A DNA stretch of 64,000 bases from Octopus sinensis (GCF_006345805.1 NC_043015.1:53816001-53880000), one strand, 5' to 3'; counted from the stretch's first letter, positions 12,054 through 26,669 are shown. Translations and numbers: made by a program. Notes: generated by a model from the sequence alone, not told the origin.

Positions 12054-13612
12054 GCACTAATGCAAATCATTGCATACAGACGCATGGGAACACATGAATA
12101 CATAGACACCCAGACATATATTTACACATATTATAATCAATCCCTCAAGTCATTTGATATTATATATATAACCAACGACATAGCATTGCTCAAGTTACCT
12201 AAATGATACGAATTTCAACGGTAAAGTTATATTATTCTCAGTAAATCCTCAACTCAGCATTGTAAGCTTAAGACTCCGTATTTCAAATTGGCTCCGCGAT
12301 ATTTTGTTCCGTCTGGGTACCATTACATTACTGGAATGTTATCGCAACCCTGACTCGCACAGAGCCTGCTTTCATTTCTTCTTCAAGAACACCATGGTGC
12401 TTCTCGACAATACTTTAATTTACTCAATAGTAGTTTCTCTAGTAACTGAGAAAAGTTACCCGATTATCTGGGAGTGCTTCTAAGATACTCTGGTCTCTCA
12501 TCCACGAGGAGTTTATTATTTACCTGTAATTACTATCCTTTTAACTGACAATATTTTCTGAGCTTGGCTGGAATCCTATTCATGAAAAAATGATTGTCAT
12601 ATCTCTTAATAATCGGAACCATTTCATGTGGAACTATTTCCTGCGAGAACTGCCAGCCTATTTAAATGTATCTCTCATCTCTAGAGAAATCGAGTTTTTC
12701 TTGAGATGGATTTTCTACCCAAGATCGGTGAGTTTCATATCTCCCAGTAATTGGGGCCATATCACTTGGAAACACTAGTATTACATCTTTCATTGATAGT
12801 AAGTGGTACCATTTCGAAAAGACTTTTAATTTATCTCAGTGGAAGCTTATCTTTCGTTTGTTAGTAACTTGAACCAGATTATCTGGGTTTGTTATCGCAA
12901 TTGAATTTATAACCCTCTTAGTTTAGTAACTGTTTGTAGATCATCTTACAATGTTTCTTGCTTTATACTAGTCTCTTATGCAAAGAGAAATGTATTTCTC
13001 GTATTGTATTTCGGAACAGTCGTTGGGCCAAAAATGAATACACGCACTGGATGTGTTTCACTTCTATATTTTTATTTGTCATCTAGTTAATCAGTTGAAA
13101 CAATTAACTAATCACTTCTTTAGTTAATCGATCGTTCAATCGATCAATAATGGTTTGTCAAAGTCTCTTCGTCGTTCGTGACCTTATCAATGACATGGCC
13201 TCACTAGAACCGGAACGGAAAGGTTATAAATGGCAACCAAAGGCGTTTGACAAATCTAGCTCATTAATTGATTGATTGATTGATTGATTGACCGAACAGT
13301 TAAACAAGTAATCAATTAGTTAATTGGTTAAAAGGTTAACCAATTCTGAAATGAAATGGCATACAACCAGTGTGTAAGAAATGATACGGACTCCAAATCT
13401 ATTCAATTCAGTTCTTGAAAACAAGACTGTAGAGGTTCAAAAATGCCGGATTTGGATTCAGATAATCCCTTATTTCAAATTAACAATAAAAAACTGACAA
13501 GTAAATAAGAAAAATGTAATATAAAAACGTAAAACTTGCACAAAGTCACGTACTTCACGTAGGGTACATGCGTGTTTGTGGTTGTATACATATGTGTGTA
13601 TATGTATATATG

Positions 13613-13645
<33 letters not shown>

Positions 13646-13794
13646 AGTTATCTATCGCTATATACACACAGACACACATATACATTATATATACAATAAC
13701 ATACATACATACATACATACATTACATACATCATACATACGTACATATATAATATATTATATATAATGCATATATATATATATATATATAATCT

Positions 13795-13847
<53 letters not shown>

Positions 13848-14134
13848 CAATGAATGATTAATTATCCTTTGTTTACCGTTAACATGGAAAATTCAATAAA
13901 CATTTACCAGGGTAGCAAAAGTCTTTGAAAATTTTTTCAACCAATATATCCCTCTTTACTTGTTCTCTACTTATTATTTCTTTACCCCTTCTCTTCCTAG
14001 TGTCTGCCTTTGACGTCGAATCTACTAACGATTTTTAAAAAATACTTGATAGCGTTCTGTTTATCATTTATGCAGTCATCAAAATTGGTATGATGTCTTG
14101 TTGTTGAGATAGGTTCTCTTTCGCTACCTTAATG

Positions 14135-14198
<64 letters not shown>

Positions 14199-14220
14199 TA
14201 ATAATGATAATAATAATAAT

Positions 14221-14501
14221 ATGTTGAGAGGGATTCTTTGGGGTTTGAATAATTAAACTCTGGAAACATGGGTGTTTCGTTCAACATCCTTAAACAACCC
14301 TTATTCAGGGACCTTCTAATTGGGCCCCACCTGCATGGTCATGTGCTGTTTATCTTGATATGAGATCACCATGTCGTGCACATATGGTTGTGATGCATAT
14401 GCCTAGTGTACCCTTATCAGACGGGTAGTCATGATGGGTATACTGGGCTTCGTATATTTTACTCCAGTGTCACTTTGATGGCATGCACTGCTCTCTCACT
14501 C
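14221..14501 (+). mobile_element. (AAT)n-flanked non-coding interspersed repeat, partial copy of 42734-43274
   Basis: High similarity to 42960-43274 with an internal deletion of about 35 bp; (AAT)n on both sides. Confidence 0.85.
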
Positions 14502-14584
14502 AATAATATAATAATAATAATAATAATAATAAAATAATTAATATATATATAATGATAATGGTTTCAAATTTTTCCACAAAGGCA

Positions 14585-14970
14585 GCAATTTTGGGGAAGG
14601 GCATGAGTCGATTTCATCGACCCCAGTGTTTCACTGGTACTTATTTTATCGACCTCAAAGGATGAAAGGCAAAGTCGACCGCGGCGGAATTTGATCTCAC
14701 AACGTACAGATGAACGAAATACCTATTTCTTTACTGCCCGCAAGGAACTACACACAGAGGGGACAAACAAGGACAAACAAGGACAAACAAACGGATTAAG
14801 TCGATTATATCGACCCCAGTGCGTAACTGGTACTTATTTCATCGACCTTGAAAGGATGAAAGGCAAAGTCGACCTCGGTGGAGTTTGAACTCAGAACGTA
14901 AAGACGAACGAAATACCGCTAAGCATATCGCCCGGCGTGCTAACGATTCTATAACTCGCTGCCTTAATAA
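14585..14970 (-). mobile_element. tRNA-derived SINE family B, two copies in tandem/nested
   Basis: Block tcgaccccagtg..aaaggatgaaaggcaaagtcgacc..gaa(c)tca..aacgaaatacc occurs at 14606-14722 and 14799-14920. tRNA-like head at 14880-14970. Related copies at 28920-29080 and 31765-31990. Confidence 0.8.
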
Positions 14971-15757
14971 AGGTAATATTAATAATCTTTTAATCAGAGC
15001 GTAAAATGATTGAGATGCCGCTAAGCATTTGGTCCGGCGTGTTAAACATTCTGCCAGCTCACTGCTTTAATTTAACGAAATGGTGATCGCAGAAAACTTC
15101 AACGTATCAGAATAAGTTTAATATTTTAAATTCTTAGCGAAATTTTAAGTCTTTTCTCTGAAACTTATTCTCATATTTGATTCACTTTGTGTAAAATCCT
15201 CCGAACTATTTTCAGTAAAATCTTTAATAATTTTCAATAAACAAGTCTCATTCAAATATAAAGCATGTATGTTAAGCCACTGCACTAATCGCATGACATT
15301 TTCTGCTTATTTCATTGACATCGTCGTCGTCCTTGACGTCACAGGTACACTAATATTATGCCTCTGTGTGTGTGCGTTTGTGTGTGGGTGTGGGTGTGTT
15401 CATATTGGTATAAGCTGACATAAGGACGTCACCTACATACAAGCGTGCAATGATCTCTGAATTTTTAATGTCTGTGTATGGAGGATATTGATAAAGACGA
15501 ATATGCAAAAGGACCAAGTGAATGACAGGTACTCAGACAGCTCAGAAAGGGTCTGAGTGTTTAGATTGATAGGTAAGTAAGTAGATGCATATATAGGTGG
15601 GGTATTTATGCACATCCAAATAAACGTATAATACGGAAATAAATAGATACCTATATGATAAATAGATCTATCGATTCATAGATAGATAGATAGGAAGACG
15701 CACGGAAAAATAGTAAGGTAATATAATATATATATATATATTATATATATATATATA

Positions 15758-15796
<39 letters not shown>

Positions 15797-16065
15797 TTAC
15801 ATATATATATATTCATATATATATAAATATATGTATGTATGTATATATTACATTATATAGACATATATATACACACATATATATATACATATATGTATAT
15901 AGATGTATATACATATACAAATCATATAATATATGCATATATGTATGTATGTACGTATATATGTCAATATATATTACATATATATATTATTATGTATATA
16001 TATAGATATATATACATATATATTATAGATATAATATATATATATATTATATATATATATACATG

Positions 16066-16096
<31 letters not shown>

Positions 16097-16641
16097 ATTA
16101 TATATATACATATATGCATGGATATATACATATACACATGTATATATATACATGTATATATATATATTACACATATACATATATACACATGCATATATAC
16201 ATACAGAAAGAGTGTGAGATGACAGAAAGTCAGACAGACAGACAAAAAACGAGAGTGAGACCTAGATGCATACATAAATAATAAAATGATATAGAGATAG
16301 AGTGATAGATAAACGGAAAGACAAACAGACATATCTAGGTAGACGCTTACCTTTCCGATAAAGTGCATTGTATTATAATCGCATTTCTTGGCGGGAAGAG
16401 AAAAAGCGAAAGCTAAAGAGAGCAGACATTGTTGTATTCAAGCATCTATATAACGCTGACGAACAGAAAAATAAATAGAGAATTCTTTTCTTAGAGTGAT
16501 TTTTGAGATTGTATAAAATGAATTGTAAGAATTGTATTGAGTTGAACGACAGGTTTATTGAGAGAAAGGAGCATCGGTGTAATGTGGACGCCCTGACATG
16601 TGTGCAAGTACACAAACGTGGCAACACACGTATGTGCGCGC

Positions 16642-16696
<55 letters not shown>

Positions 16697-16705
16697 AGAT
16701 ATATG

Positions 16706-16740
<35 letters not shown>

Positions 16741-17425
16741 CATATTCATATATATATATATCTATGTATACATATACATACATATACATATGCATATATA
16801 TAAATATATGTATACATAGGCAGATATATATATATATACATATACATACATATACATATACAATAATATATGGAGTTATATATATATATATGTTACATAT
16901 ATACACATATATATATATATAAATAATATTATTTATATATACATATATAAATACACACAACACTCACATGCGCATGCATGTATGTACGTATGTATGTGTA
17001 TATAAATATATAAATATATATGTACGTTTATAATATATATGCGCATACAGGTATATACGCACGGGCACACACATACACACAGAGACACTGATGCACACTC
17101 ACACACACAACACGCAATCATGCATGCGTATCTCTACACACACGTGAGAAACGCGTCAAGCATGCGGAGCCAAATCTAGTCATCCTATTTTTGCAGACAA
17201 CTAAGGGAAGCCTTTGGATCGAACACAGAACTATTTGAATACCATCACGTAGCACAAAGCACTCTGCACTGGGATGGCTATTTGCATTCATATTGGAGAA
17301 CTCACGGTTATGCGCACGCACACAAATACGCGCGCGAACACACACACACTAATACACACTCATACACACATGCACCAACACTCAACCAGTCTTACCGTTT
17401 ATCGAATTGTTTATTTGTGTGTGTG

Positions 17426-17458
<33 letters not shown>

Positions 17459-18634
17459 GTGAGAGAGAGAGAGATTGATTAATACATATACGCATATATA
17501 TAAGCATAACACACGCAAATATATATATTATATATATAATATATATATCTATATATATAAATGTATATATCATGTATATATGTCATTATAAACATACATG
17601 TATATATCCATGCATATATGCACATGTATGCATATATATATCTACTACATATATATTATATATATATATATATATACGTATGCGTTTTATATATAAATGT
17701 ATAATTATATATACATATATACACACATATATATGCATATATACAATATATATACCATATATAACATACACATATATAATACATATAGACACACATACGC
17801 ACACATACAAAGACACCCCATACATATTGTTCTAAATACCGAGACAAGTCCCCTGGTAAACACCGTCCTTAGTGTAATCTCTATTCGTCGTTGCAAATCC
17901 CCTCTATGCATCACCCGTACGATGACACGTACTAATCTCAAGTACCCAGACAAAGCATCACTAATCTGTGCACTGAGTACCCGCATTTGTATATATTTGA
18001 TTTCTTTTCACTAAAACCAAAAATTATGTTGAATGTGTCAAGGTAACTTAACATAGCATACCCAGAAACCTAAGAATTTTCACGTGCAAGGTAATACATT
18101 AATTAATTACTAGCAAGGCCAGAGTATTTCGTTTCGCAACTATTATATACTACCATCTATATTAAAGGTTCACAAGTCAGAAACGTTTCTTCTTTTGTGT
18201 TTGCAGTATGTTGGTTTCATTTTAATGCTTATCGCTGTAGATTTTCAGTAGAGTACCCAACAAGCACTGCGAGTTACGACGTAGACAATGTCATCGAAGA
18301 TAGGAAAATTTGGTAAGAGATGTACATACATATTTCGAGAGTTATTGCCCTCACATCAGCAACACATCCAACCCAGCTACTATGCACGAACACATTGCTT
18401 AAATACCCACTAACTTTAGCGGTGTAACACTTCTGGATAGACCATTTTGCATATTAAACGCATTCCTGGCAAATGGTACGTAAATATCAATTGCTAGTAA
18501 GGACTTAACATTTCATTTTGTAACCATAATGTACTGCGAAGTACATTATTGTGACTTTTGTGTTAGCAGTGCGTTGTTTCATTTTCATCCGTACTATTAT
18601 CTCTTATCTTTCATCTTTTACTTGCTTCTGTCAT

Positions 18635-19085
18635 TTTACTGTGGCCATGCTGGAGCACCGCCTTCAAGGGTTATAATCCAAGAAATCGACCACCAGAACT
18701 TACTCTTTGTAAGTATAGTGATCATTCTGTCGGTCTTTTTTCCTGAATCGCTATGTTACGGTGACAAAAACACACCAACATCGGTTGTCAAGGGATGGTG
18801 GAGGAAAACACAAACACATATACACAAATACCCACACACAAACACACACACACGCAAACACACAAACACACACACACACACACACAAATACACACACACA
18901 CACACAGACACACATATATATACGTGGGACTTCTTCCAGTTTCCATCTGCCAAATCCACTAACGAGAATTTTGTCAGCCCAAGGCTTAAGTACAAGACAC
19001 TTGCACAAGGTGTCACACAGTGGGACTGAACCCGGTACCATGTGGTTGGGAAGCTAGCCTCTTGCCACACAGCCACGGCTGCGCC
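18635..19085 (-). mobile_element. SINE family A, near-complete inverted copy with internal (CA)n
   Basis: Tail ggccatgctggagcaccgcc.. and head ..gtgggactgaacccggtaccatgtggttgg match the other family A copies. Confidence 0.8.
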
Positions 19086-19569
19086 TATGTTAATATACAT
19101 ATACTACCAATTGCCTGTAATAATTGTAAATAACTGGAAAGTGACTTATTCTCGGTAAATTAATACATTAAACTTCTATCACAGTAGTTAGACATTTCCC
19201 CATATTTTTTCAGTGTTTATCCTGATAATGAGTCGCCTTGTGGTTACTTTGTCGCTACACGACGTCGAGATCCTGGTTTCGATTCCTCAAACTTGAGATG
19301 CATTCAGTTCATAGCCAATCGCGTCATTTCAATTTTGGCGACAATCACTTGAAGATCTGATGTGCGGTACGCAGTGCACCTGTACAGGAAATAGCGCTCT
19401 GATGAAGAGAGAGGGAGCTGAAGTACAGCACAATATTTTCATCAACATAAAGAAATGATTTATACAGGATGTTATCTTAGGCAAGAAGCTGCGAAAACAC
19501 TCCTTCCTTTACGACTAATAAGCCTAATATAACGACTATATACCATATCTATCTCTCTCTATATATATA

Positions 19570-19790
19570 GTAAATCCAAATATGAAAACAGAAAGAGAAA
19601 GCACAACAACGCGAGGACGTGGAACAAGTATAGTGTTATTAGACGCTCAGGAAAGGAAACAAAGAAGAAGGACCTAACGTTTCGAGCGGAGCTCTTCGTC
19701 AGAAACATAGGAAAAGGAAAGGTTCAAGGAAGGGAAGACGGAGAAACAAAATCGCCAACAATGCACACGCGGTCACATATATATAGTTAT
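19570..19790 (-). mobile_element. PLE terminal fragment with minimal hammerhead core (19672-19706)
   Basis: Reverse complement gttt-CTGACGA-agagc(tcc)gctc-GAAA-CGTT-aggt. Core intact, stem I weakened. Confidence 0.65.
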
Positions 19791-20113
19791 ATATTTATAT
19801 ATTTATAAAAAGTGTAGGTGGCATACGAGTGGGTATATATTTATAAAAAAGAAGCTTGAAAACGCCACTATCTAAGATAAATTTTAAATTTTCTGAGAGA
19901 TTTTACATGTTTCGCTTCTTCATGAAAAAACCGAACCTTATCAAATATATATATATTTTAAAATGTTAAGTGTAATAAAAGAAAAGTTCATAATTATTAC
20001 TTGCTAGTCTCAAAAGAGTTCACGTGGTAGTGTTTTGTGTGTGGGAGCATACTGGCTGTTTTATGCATCGATTGAATCTTTGGCTGTAATAGTGAAAGCG
20101 ACCGTTCGGTGTA

Positions 20114-20163
<50 letters not shown>

Positions 20164-20179
20164 TACACATCAGTTAAAT

Positions 20180-20396
20180 AAGGTTAAAAATGGTCTGGGT
20201 CTCATGTTTTTTATTATGGTATTTTGTCTGATGATATTTGAAAAGAAACAGCAATTTTAGCGAAACATATTAAGCAACACTAATAAGAAATCAAGAGACA
20301 TAAATTTAAACAACCTTTTGACGGTTTTATAGATATTTCAAGATTATGATGCTATGATGCTAGGTGTTTCCATTATTTTGTCCAACCCTTGTATAT
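20180..20396 (-). mobile_element. Tc1-like transposon end (TIR at about 20360-20394)
   Basis: Reverse complement TA-caagggttggacaaaataatggaaacac, a Tc1-type terminal repeat at a TA dinucleotide. Confidence 0.55.
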
Positions 20397-21267
20397 ATGA
20401 ATGTATGTACGTCCTCATATGTATATACAGACACCGATGCACGACATATTACCAGCCTTAACAGCTGATCGAACTTTTGCCACGTTGAGCTCTAGCATAG
20501 GTTTAGCGTTCTCAGTTAGACATAAATATATTGTTTGAGGTATTATGTAGAGAGCAGAACACCATACAAAGAGCAACCAGAAAACAAGTAGATATACTTT
20601 AGGTTACGATCGTATCGTTTCTTTAGTCAATAATGAATAATTACATTGCTCACCAGCCAGGGCTTCATATATATATAATTGCGTTCACCTGCTAGGCGAA
20701 ACGAAGTGTTTAGTGTCAGCTTTTGGTGATAAATATCTTTCCACTCTACGCCACACGTTGAACTGTAGATCAAATATACACATAAACATACATATACATA
20801 CATAAATATATATATTAATATTATAACATTTTAAATATATACATATTTAAATGTACTTGTATTCATACATATAGAGAAACAAGCGTATATGTGAGTGTGT
20901 AAATACATATGTATATATTTATGTATGTATGCATGTATTACTGTATGTAGGAATATTTGTATATGTATGTATTTATGTATGTATGCATGTATGCATGTAT
21001 GTATGTATGTATGTATGTATGTATGTATGTATGTATGGTGATGTCTAACTTCCTTGTTACGAGACTAAAAGACTGCACATAGTGGAAAGTAATATATATT
21101 TCAGACGACCAGATATAAAATATTAAAAAATGCTCATATCTTTTTCTGAGAGCATTATCAGTGCAGCTTGTATTGGCGGCACCGTGTGTGTATTAGTGCA
21201 CACAATGCCTTTTAAAATAGCATAGACATTATACATATACCCATACATACACATACATATATATATA

Positions 21268-21317
<50 letters not shown>

Positions 21318-21365
21318 ATATAGATACATGCATCTATATATATCTACATATACATACATACATAC

Positions 21366-21404
<39 letters not shown>

Positions 21405-21435
21405 TTATATTATATATATATAATAACACATATAT

Positions 21436-21479
<44 letters not shown>

Positions 21480-22619
21480 ATATATCTATATATATATATA
21501 CAATATGCGTGTTGTTTGTTTTGAGCTTCTCGATGTATTATCAAACATATATATTAATCGTTCATGTTGTTTTGGGGAACAATAAAACGGCTTAACTCCT
21601 TCAGTCTTATCTTTCCGATGAAGTGATTATACTGACGCGGTTTTGTCTGAATCAAATTCGTTATCGCTTCGAGTTTAACAGGCATAGTTTTACAACCACA
21701 GATGTCGGTTTTCCATGGCTATTTCTTTTTCATTTCATGCTTTGTGTTCTGTTTTGATATGCGATGGCGTTGGGTATCCTATATAAGATAATTATTTCAT
21801 AAGCGTTTTTATTCGCCTTACTTTCGTTCTTTTTTTTGTGATAGATAAAATGTATAGTAATGGCTTGGTGTTGTAGGTGCATTATCGGTCTACATGAAAC
21901 TGCAGTGCATGTATGTCCAAAATCTTGTAGGTAATGTAACAATGCTATGCAAAATAACGTTATCCTTTTCTTTCACCACGATACAAAGGGAGACTAATCA
22001 AGAAGTTACAAGTATCGCGAAATATAAGAGAAATTACAATACTGTATTTTGCGGCATCATAGATGAAGAATCGTCCAGGAGGCATCCTAATTTTTGAAAT
22101 GTAATTCCTGCAGAGGTAATATCTTTCTACTTCTCAAAGCCCCACCCACCAGAATAGGCAGTGTCCGGCGGGTACATACTAAATGCTTGTTATCAGACAA
22201 TATTTCTGAGGAAAACAACGGAGCACTCAAGACTGTCCTTGAGTGAAATCACCAGACACCGGCCACCAACTTGATGGTGTGCTGCAAGATATTATTGTAG
22301 TAATCCACAACATTGCGTTCTTCACTTTAAATGAACTGCAGTCGATCATGCGTTCCTGCATGAGGATGATACCACTGAGTGAGATGAATAAAAGAATGAA
22401 AGAGTATATACATACATATATATGCATATATATATACATACATATATACATATATATATACATATATATATACATAATATATATATATACATATTTGCAT
22501 ATATATATAAACATAAATGTGTATATATATGTATATATATATATATGCATATATATATATTATATATATATATATATGGGTGTATGTATATATATAATGT
22601 ATGTATATATATATGTACG

Positions 22620-22701
<82 letters not shown>

Positions 22702-23247
22702 TATATATATAGGGAGAGAAGAGAGACAGAGATTTGTTTGTGTGTGCTTGTGTGTAACCGTACCTGACTTCTAAGCGAAACCTGAAATAAACGACCAGAC
22801 ATTAAATTCTATAAAAAAAAACTTATAGAAAGAAAAGTTTCTTTCGTAACATACTGAATTTCAAAATACATTCCTGATTTAAACGTTTTCAAAGAATTCT
22901 CTTTTAGAGAAAAAAATAAAGGATTAACAGGTTAGAAATGAATAGGACAAAGTAAAAACGCATGAAAAGTACGTTTAAGATGGCGGATTTATAAAGAAGA
23001 TATCGTACTTGAAATAAACACCGATGGATAGACATACATAGGCATACGTACATTAACATGCTCGTACATACATACTTCTGTATCCACACATATTCGTACA
23101 TATTCACTCTCACATATACGCACGTTCACACTGACGCACAAAGTACACACTCACGGAACACAATTCTGTAGATATAACACCCTCATATATGTGTGTGTGT
23201 GTACATGTGTGTGTGTTTGGTGTGGTATTATATAATATATATTATAT

Positions 23248-23283
<36 letters not shown>

Positions 23284-23300
23284 ATATATATAATTATATT

Positions 23301-23790
23301 TATGAGGGCAATCCCAAAAGTAGTAGGTCTCCAAAGGTATTAAACCGATTGAAATTCATCGCCAATTAACGCCAATTAACGAAATTTATGGTGTGTCGTG
23401 CGTGGATTTCAAAAACGTCCGCAAGTGGTTTAGGGAGTTTGCAGCTGTTATACTGAAATTCATGACGAAGAAAAAAGCGGGTGGCCATCAGTTTCCAACG
23501 AGGTTGGCCAAATCCTGCGTGAAAATTGGCGGATCACTCTGGATGATCCCCACATTTTGGTTCCTGGGATTTCCCAAAGCAACATTCATAGGGTCTTGAG
23601 TGAAAAGCTGCAATATCAGAAAGACTGTGAAAGTTGGTTCCCATGAATGCTCACAGAAGACCATAAACGGCAACCCAACTTATATTCTGGATTTGGCACC
23701 CAGTCACTACCACCTGTTCCCTAAGTTCAAATAACATTTGGCCGGAACGCGTTTCAGCAACAACGACGAGACGTAAGATGAATCCACGCA
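23301..23790 (+). pseudogene. Internally deleted mariner element
   Basis: TIR-like tatgagggcaatcccaaaagta. Frameshifted HTH ..PIEIHRQL..YGVSCVDFKNVRKWFREF..SGWPS..ILRENWRITLD..LSEKLQY..MLTEDHKRQ joined to ..LDLAPSHYHLFPKFK*HLAGTRF (YSPDLAPSD-like). The central DD region is missing. Confidence 0.8.
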
Positions 23791-23910
23791 CAACTCATTG
23801 GTTGGCCCGAGGCTATACTAGAAGACTTGCTCAAGGTGCCACGCAGTGGGACTGAACCGGGAACCATGTGGTTCGTAAGCAAGCTACTTACTACACAGCC
23901 ACTTCTGCGC
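23790..23910 (-). mobile_element. SINE family A head
   Basis: caaggtgccacgcagtgggactgaaccgggaaccatgtggttcgtaagcaagc matches the family A head. Confidence 0.75.
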
Positions 23911-24054
23911 CTATTATATTTGGTAAAAAAATATAGTGAAGAATGTGTATTGTAAACAATATATATAAAAAGGTATATTTGTAGGGAAGCGTTCTCGTGA
24001 ATGAACGGATTATTGTAAGATTGAAGGAAACATGACATGGAATGGTTGTGTAAA

Positions 24055-24672
24055 TACATGGTGTCCATAAAGTCTCTCCGCTGTGAATTTTTTCATCATG
24101 CGCATGCGCACCTTAGCTATCACTGCGTGGGCAGACCGTGTCAGCCATTGTCCCTCAGTCATTACATGCCCTTCAGCGTGTCGACATGCTAACCATTGAA
24201 GAACGTACGTTTTTAGATGAATGGGTGTTTCAAGCTGGAAAGAAAGACACAGATTCTGTGAAACAGAAGTTCAGTGAAACTTTTCCAAATACTGTCGTTC
24301 CACATCGTGACACTCATTGTGTGGGATTTGATAAGAAAATTTAGAAACACAGGCTCAGTGGAAGACGCAGCAAGAAGCGGTCAGCCTACGGTTCTTTCAG
24401 ACGAAACACTCTCCAATATTTTTGATAAAATGTTGGCGAACTCGTCAAGGTCCTTACAAAAATTGTCACAAGAAACGGAAATCAGCCAAGGAAATGATCA
24501 CACGGGAGTTAAAAAGAAATTAAATTTTATGTATTGAAAATGAAGGACAACACTTTCAACGCTTTAAAGTCTTGTAAAGTCTAATATGTTCTTTTGTAGT
24601 CTTATACCATCTTATAAATATTTATTTTGCAATAAAATACTTACTGCGGAGAGACTTTTTGAACTCCCTCTA
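24055..24672 (+). mobile_element. Internally deleted Tc1/mariner-superfamily element with both TIRs
   Basis: Left TIR tacatggtgtccataaagtctctccgctgt versus right TIR (reverse complement) tagagggagttcaaaaagtctctccgcagt. N-terminal remnant MLTIEERTFL..KFSETFPNT..DLIRKFRNTGSVEDAARSGQPTV..SRSLQKLSQET, C-terminal ..GQHFQ. Confidence 0.85.
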
Positions 24673-24909
24673 TGGATGAAGAAAGTTTAAAGACAACGAG
24701 ACAACGAAGGAGGTTCCGGAAATAGTAGCTAAGTCACCCCCACTTCTTGATTAGTAATTCATTTTTTCGACCCTGGAGAGATATTAAGCAACGGGAATTG
24801 GAAATAAGAAAGTGAAGCGCTGTAACAAATACTGCAAAGTAATCTTTCCGACGCCGACTTGGAGATCGAACGTGCGTTAACAAGATTCATGTAACGATAT
24901 TCTTAACCG

Positions 24910-25530
24910 CTTGTCTATGCCTACAACATATACATACTCCACTTCCTTCCTTATCTCGCTTTCTCCCCGTCCCACCTCTCTCTCTCCCTCGCGCGCGTGC
25001 ATTTTCTCTCTGTCGTTTTCTCTCTTCTTCTCGTGCACTCTCTCTCTCCTCTCTCTCTCTCTCTTGTGTTCTCTATATTGCTTTCTGTCTGTCTGTCTGT
25101 CTCTATCTGTGTGTGTCTGTGTGTGTCTTTCTAGCTTTTTCTACATTCTAATATTCTCTCTCCCCCTTTCTCTCTTGCCATTTTTCTCTCTCGCTTTTTA
25201 TCTAGCTTTCTCTTTCCCATTCTTTCTCTCTTTCTCTCTCTCTCTCTCATATTCCCTTTCTCTTTCCCTCTTTACTCTCTTTGTTTCTCTCCCTCTCTTA
25301 TATTCCCTTTCTCTTTTCCTCTTTTCTGGCTTTCATTCTCGCTCCTTCTGTCTCTGTCTATCTGTCTCTCTCTCTCTCTCTCTCTCACGCGCGCGCTTTC
25401 TCTTGTCTCCATTTTCTCCCTTCTCTCTCTCGCTTTTGCTGTCTGTCTCTTTCTCTGTCTGTCTCTTTCTCTCTCTCTCCCTCTTTCTCTCCTCCCCCTC
25501 TCTCTCTGTCTTTCAATCTCTATCGCTCAC
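24910..25530. repeat. (CT)-rich degenerate pyrimidine tract
   Basis: Direct inspection. Confidence 0.9.
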
Positions 25531-26064
25531 GTTCTTGTAAAACTATCCGTTTCTTAGCTCCTCGAAAGGTCATCTTTCCCAGAGACTTCCACGATCAATT
25601 CATTGAGTTAGAGATTATATTTCTATTGGTGATGACCTGAGTCAAGACAATCAATTATATGTGCTCAATCAAGTGAAGTGACTCAAAAAACAAGCTGAAC
25701 TTGAATCGCTGAGTCTCGCATGAAAGTAATTTCCACAAAACAGAGATCGTATTCATAGAGACATGTACACGCTTGATAAATAGATAGATAGGTAGATACA
25801 TAGTCCTTCCTCTATAAACACATATAAAAATATACAGGAGCACATGTCCAAATATGAATAACATACAGCAATATATATACATAAAGATATTTCTATGTCT
25901 ATCCATTTAATATCTGAAGATATCTATTTCGCTTTCTATCAGCCTGCCTCAATTTCTGTTTCTCGTCCTATATGTAAGCATGCATGTATGTATGCATGTA
26001 TGTTCGTATGTATGTATATATCTATCTATTCATCTATCTATTTATCAACCTACCTACCTATCTA

Positions 26065-26199
<135 letters not shown>

Positions 26200-26530
26200 T
26201 TGAAATTTACAAAAAAGCAAAAGATGAAAATGGGTGTAGGAACAACAAGCAAGTGTATTAGTCTGACGCTCGAGAAAATGGAAAAAGTCTTTTATGTTTC
26301 GAGCCTACGCTCTTCAACGGAAAGAAATAAGAGAAGTCCAGGAAGTTCAAAAAGTTAAAAAGTCGTGGTAAATTGGAGCGATTTACAGTGAAATCATCCA
26401 GTGAAATCCGTATAGGTAGATTCAGTAGATCCAGTGGAGATTTGGATGGAATGCAGTTATGTGGATGAGGAGAGGTGCCGAAGTTTGGGAGGTGATTCAG
26501 ATATACAAGTCCAAAGAGTAGGAGTTCAGT
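26200..26530 (-). mobile_element. PLE terminal fragment with hammerhead-like motif (26288-26325); family also at 54400-54490 and 57760-57910
   Basis: Reverse complement tcttt-CCGTTGA-agagc(gtag)gctc-GAAA-cata-aaaga. The flanking ..tattagt(t/c)tgacgc.. is shared by all three copies. Confidence 0.65.
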
Positions 26531-26669
26531 CTGTATATATATATATATATATATAATATATATATATATATAATATATATTTATGTATATATACACACAT
26601 ATATATATACATACATAAACACACACACACATACACACACACAAACATACATATATATATATATATATA

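Noticed and set aside
15455-15580. Possible exon ending in a GTAAGT donor
   Set aside because: The best frame (MEDIDKDEYAKGPSE*) stops early and there is no convincing acceptor.
25628-25645. TGATGA..CTGA as a C/D-box snoRNA
   Set aside because: The boxes are adjacent, with no guide region or terminal stem.
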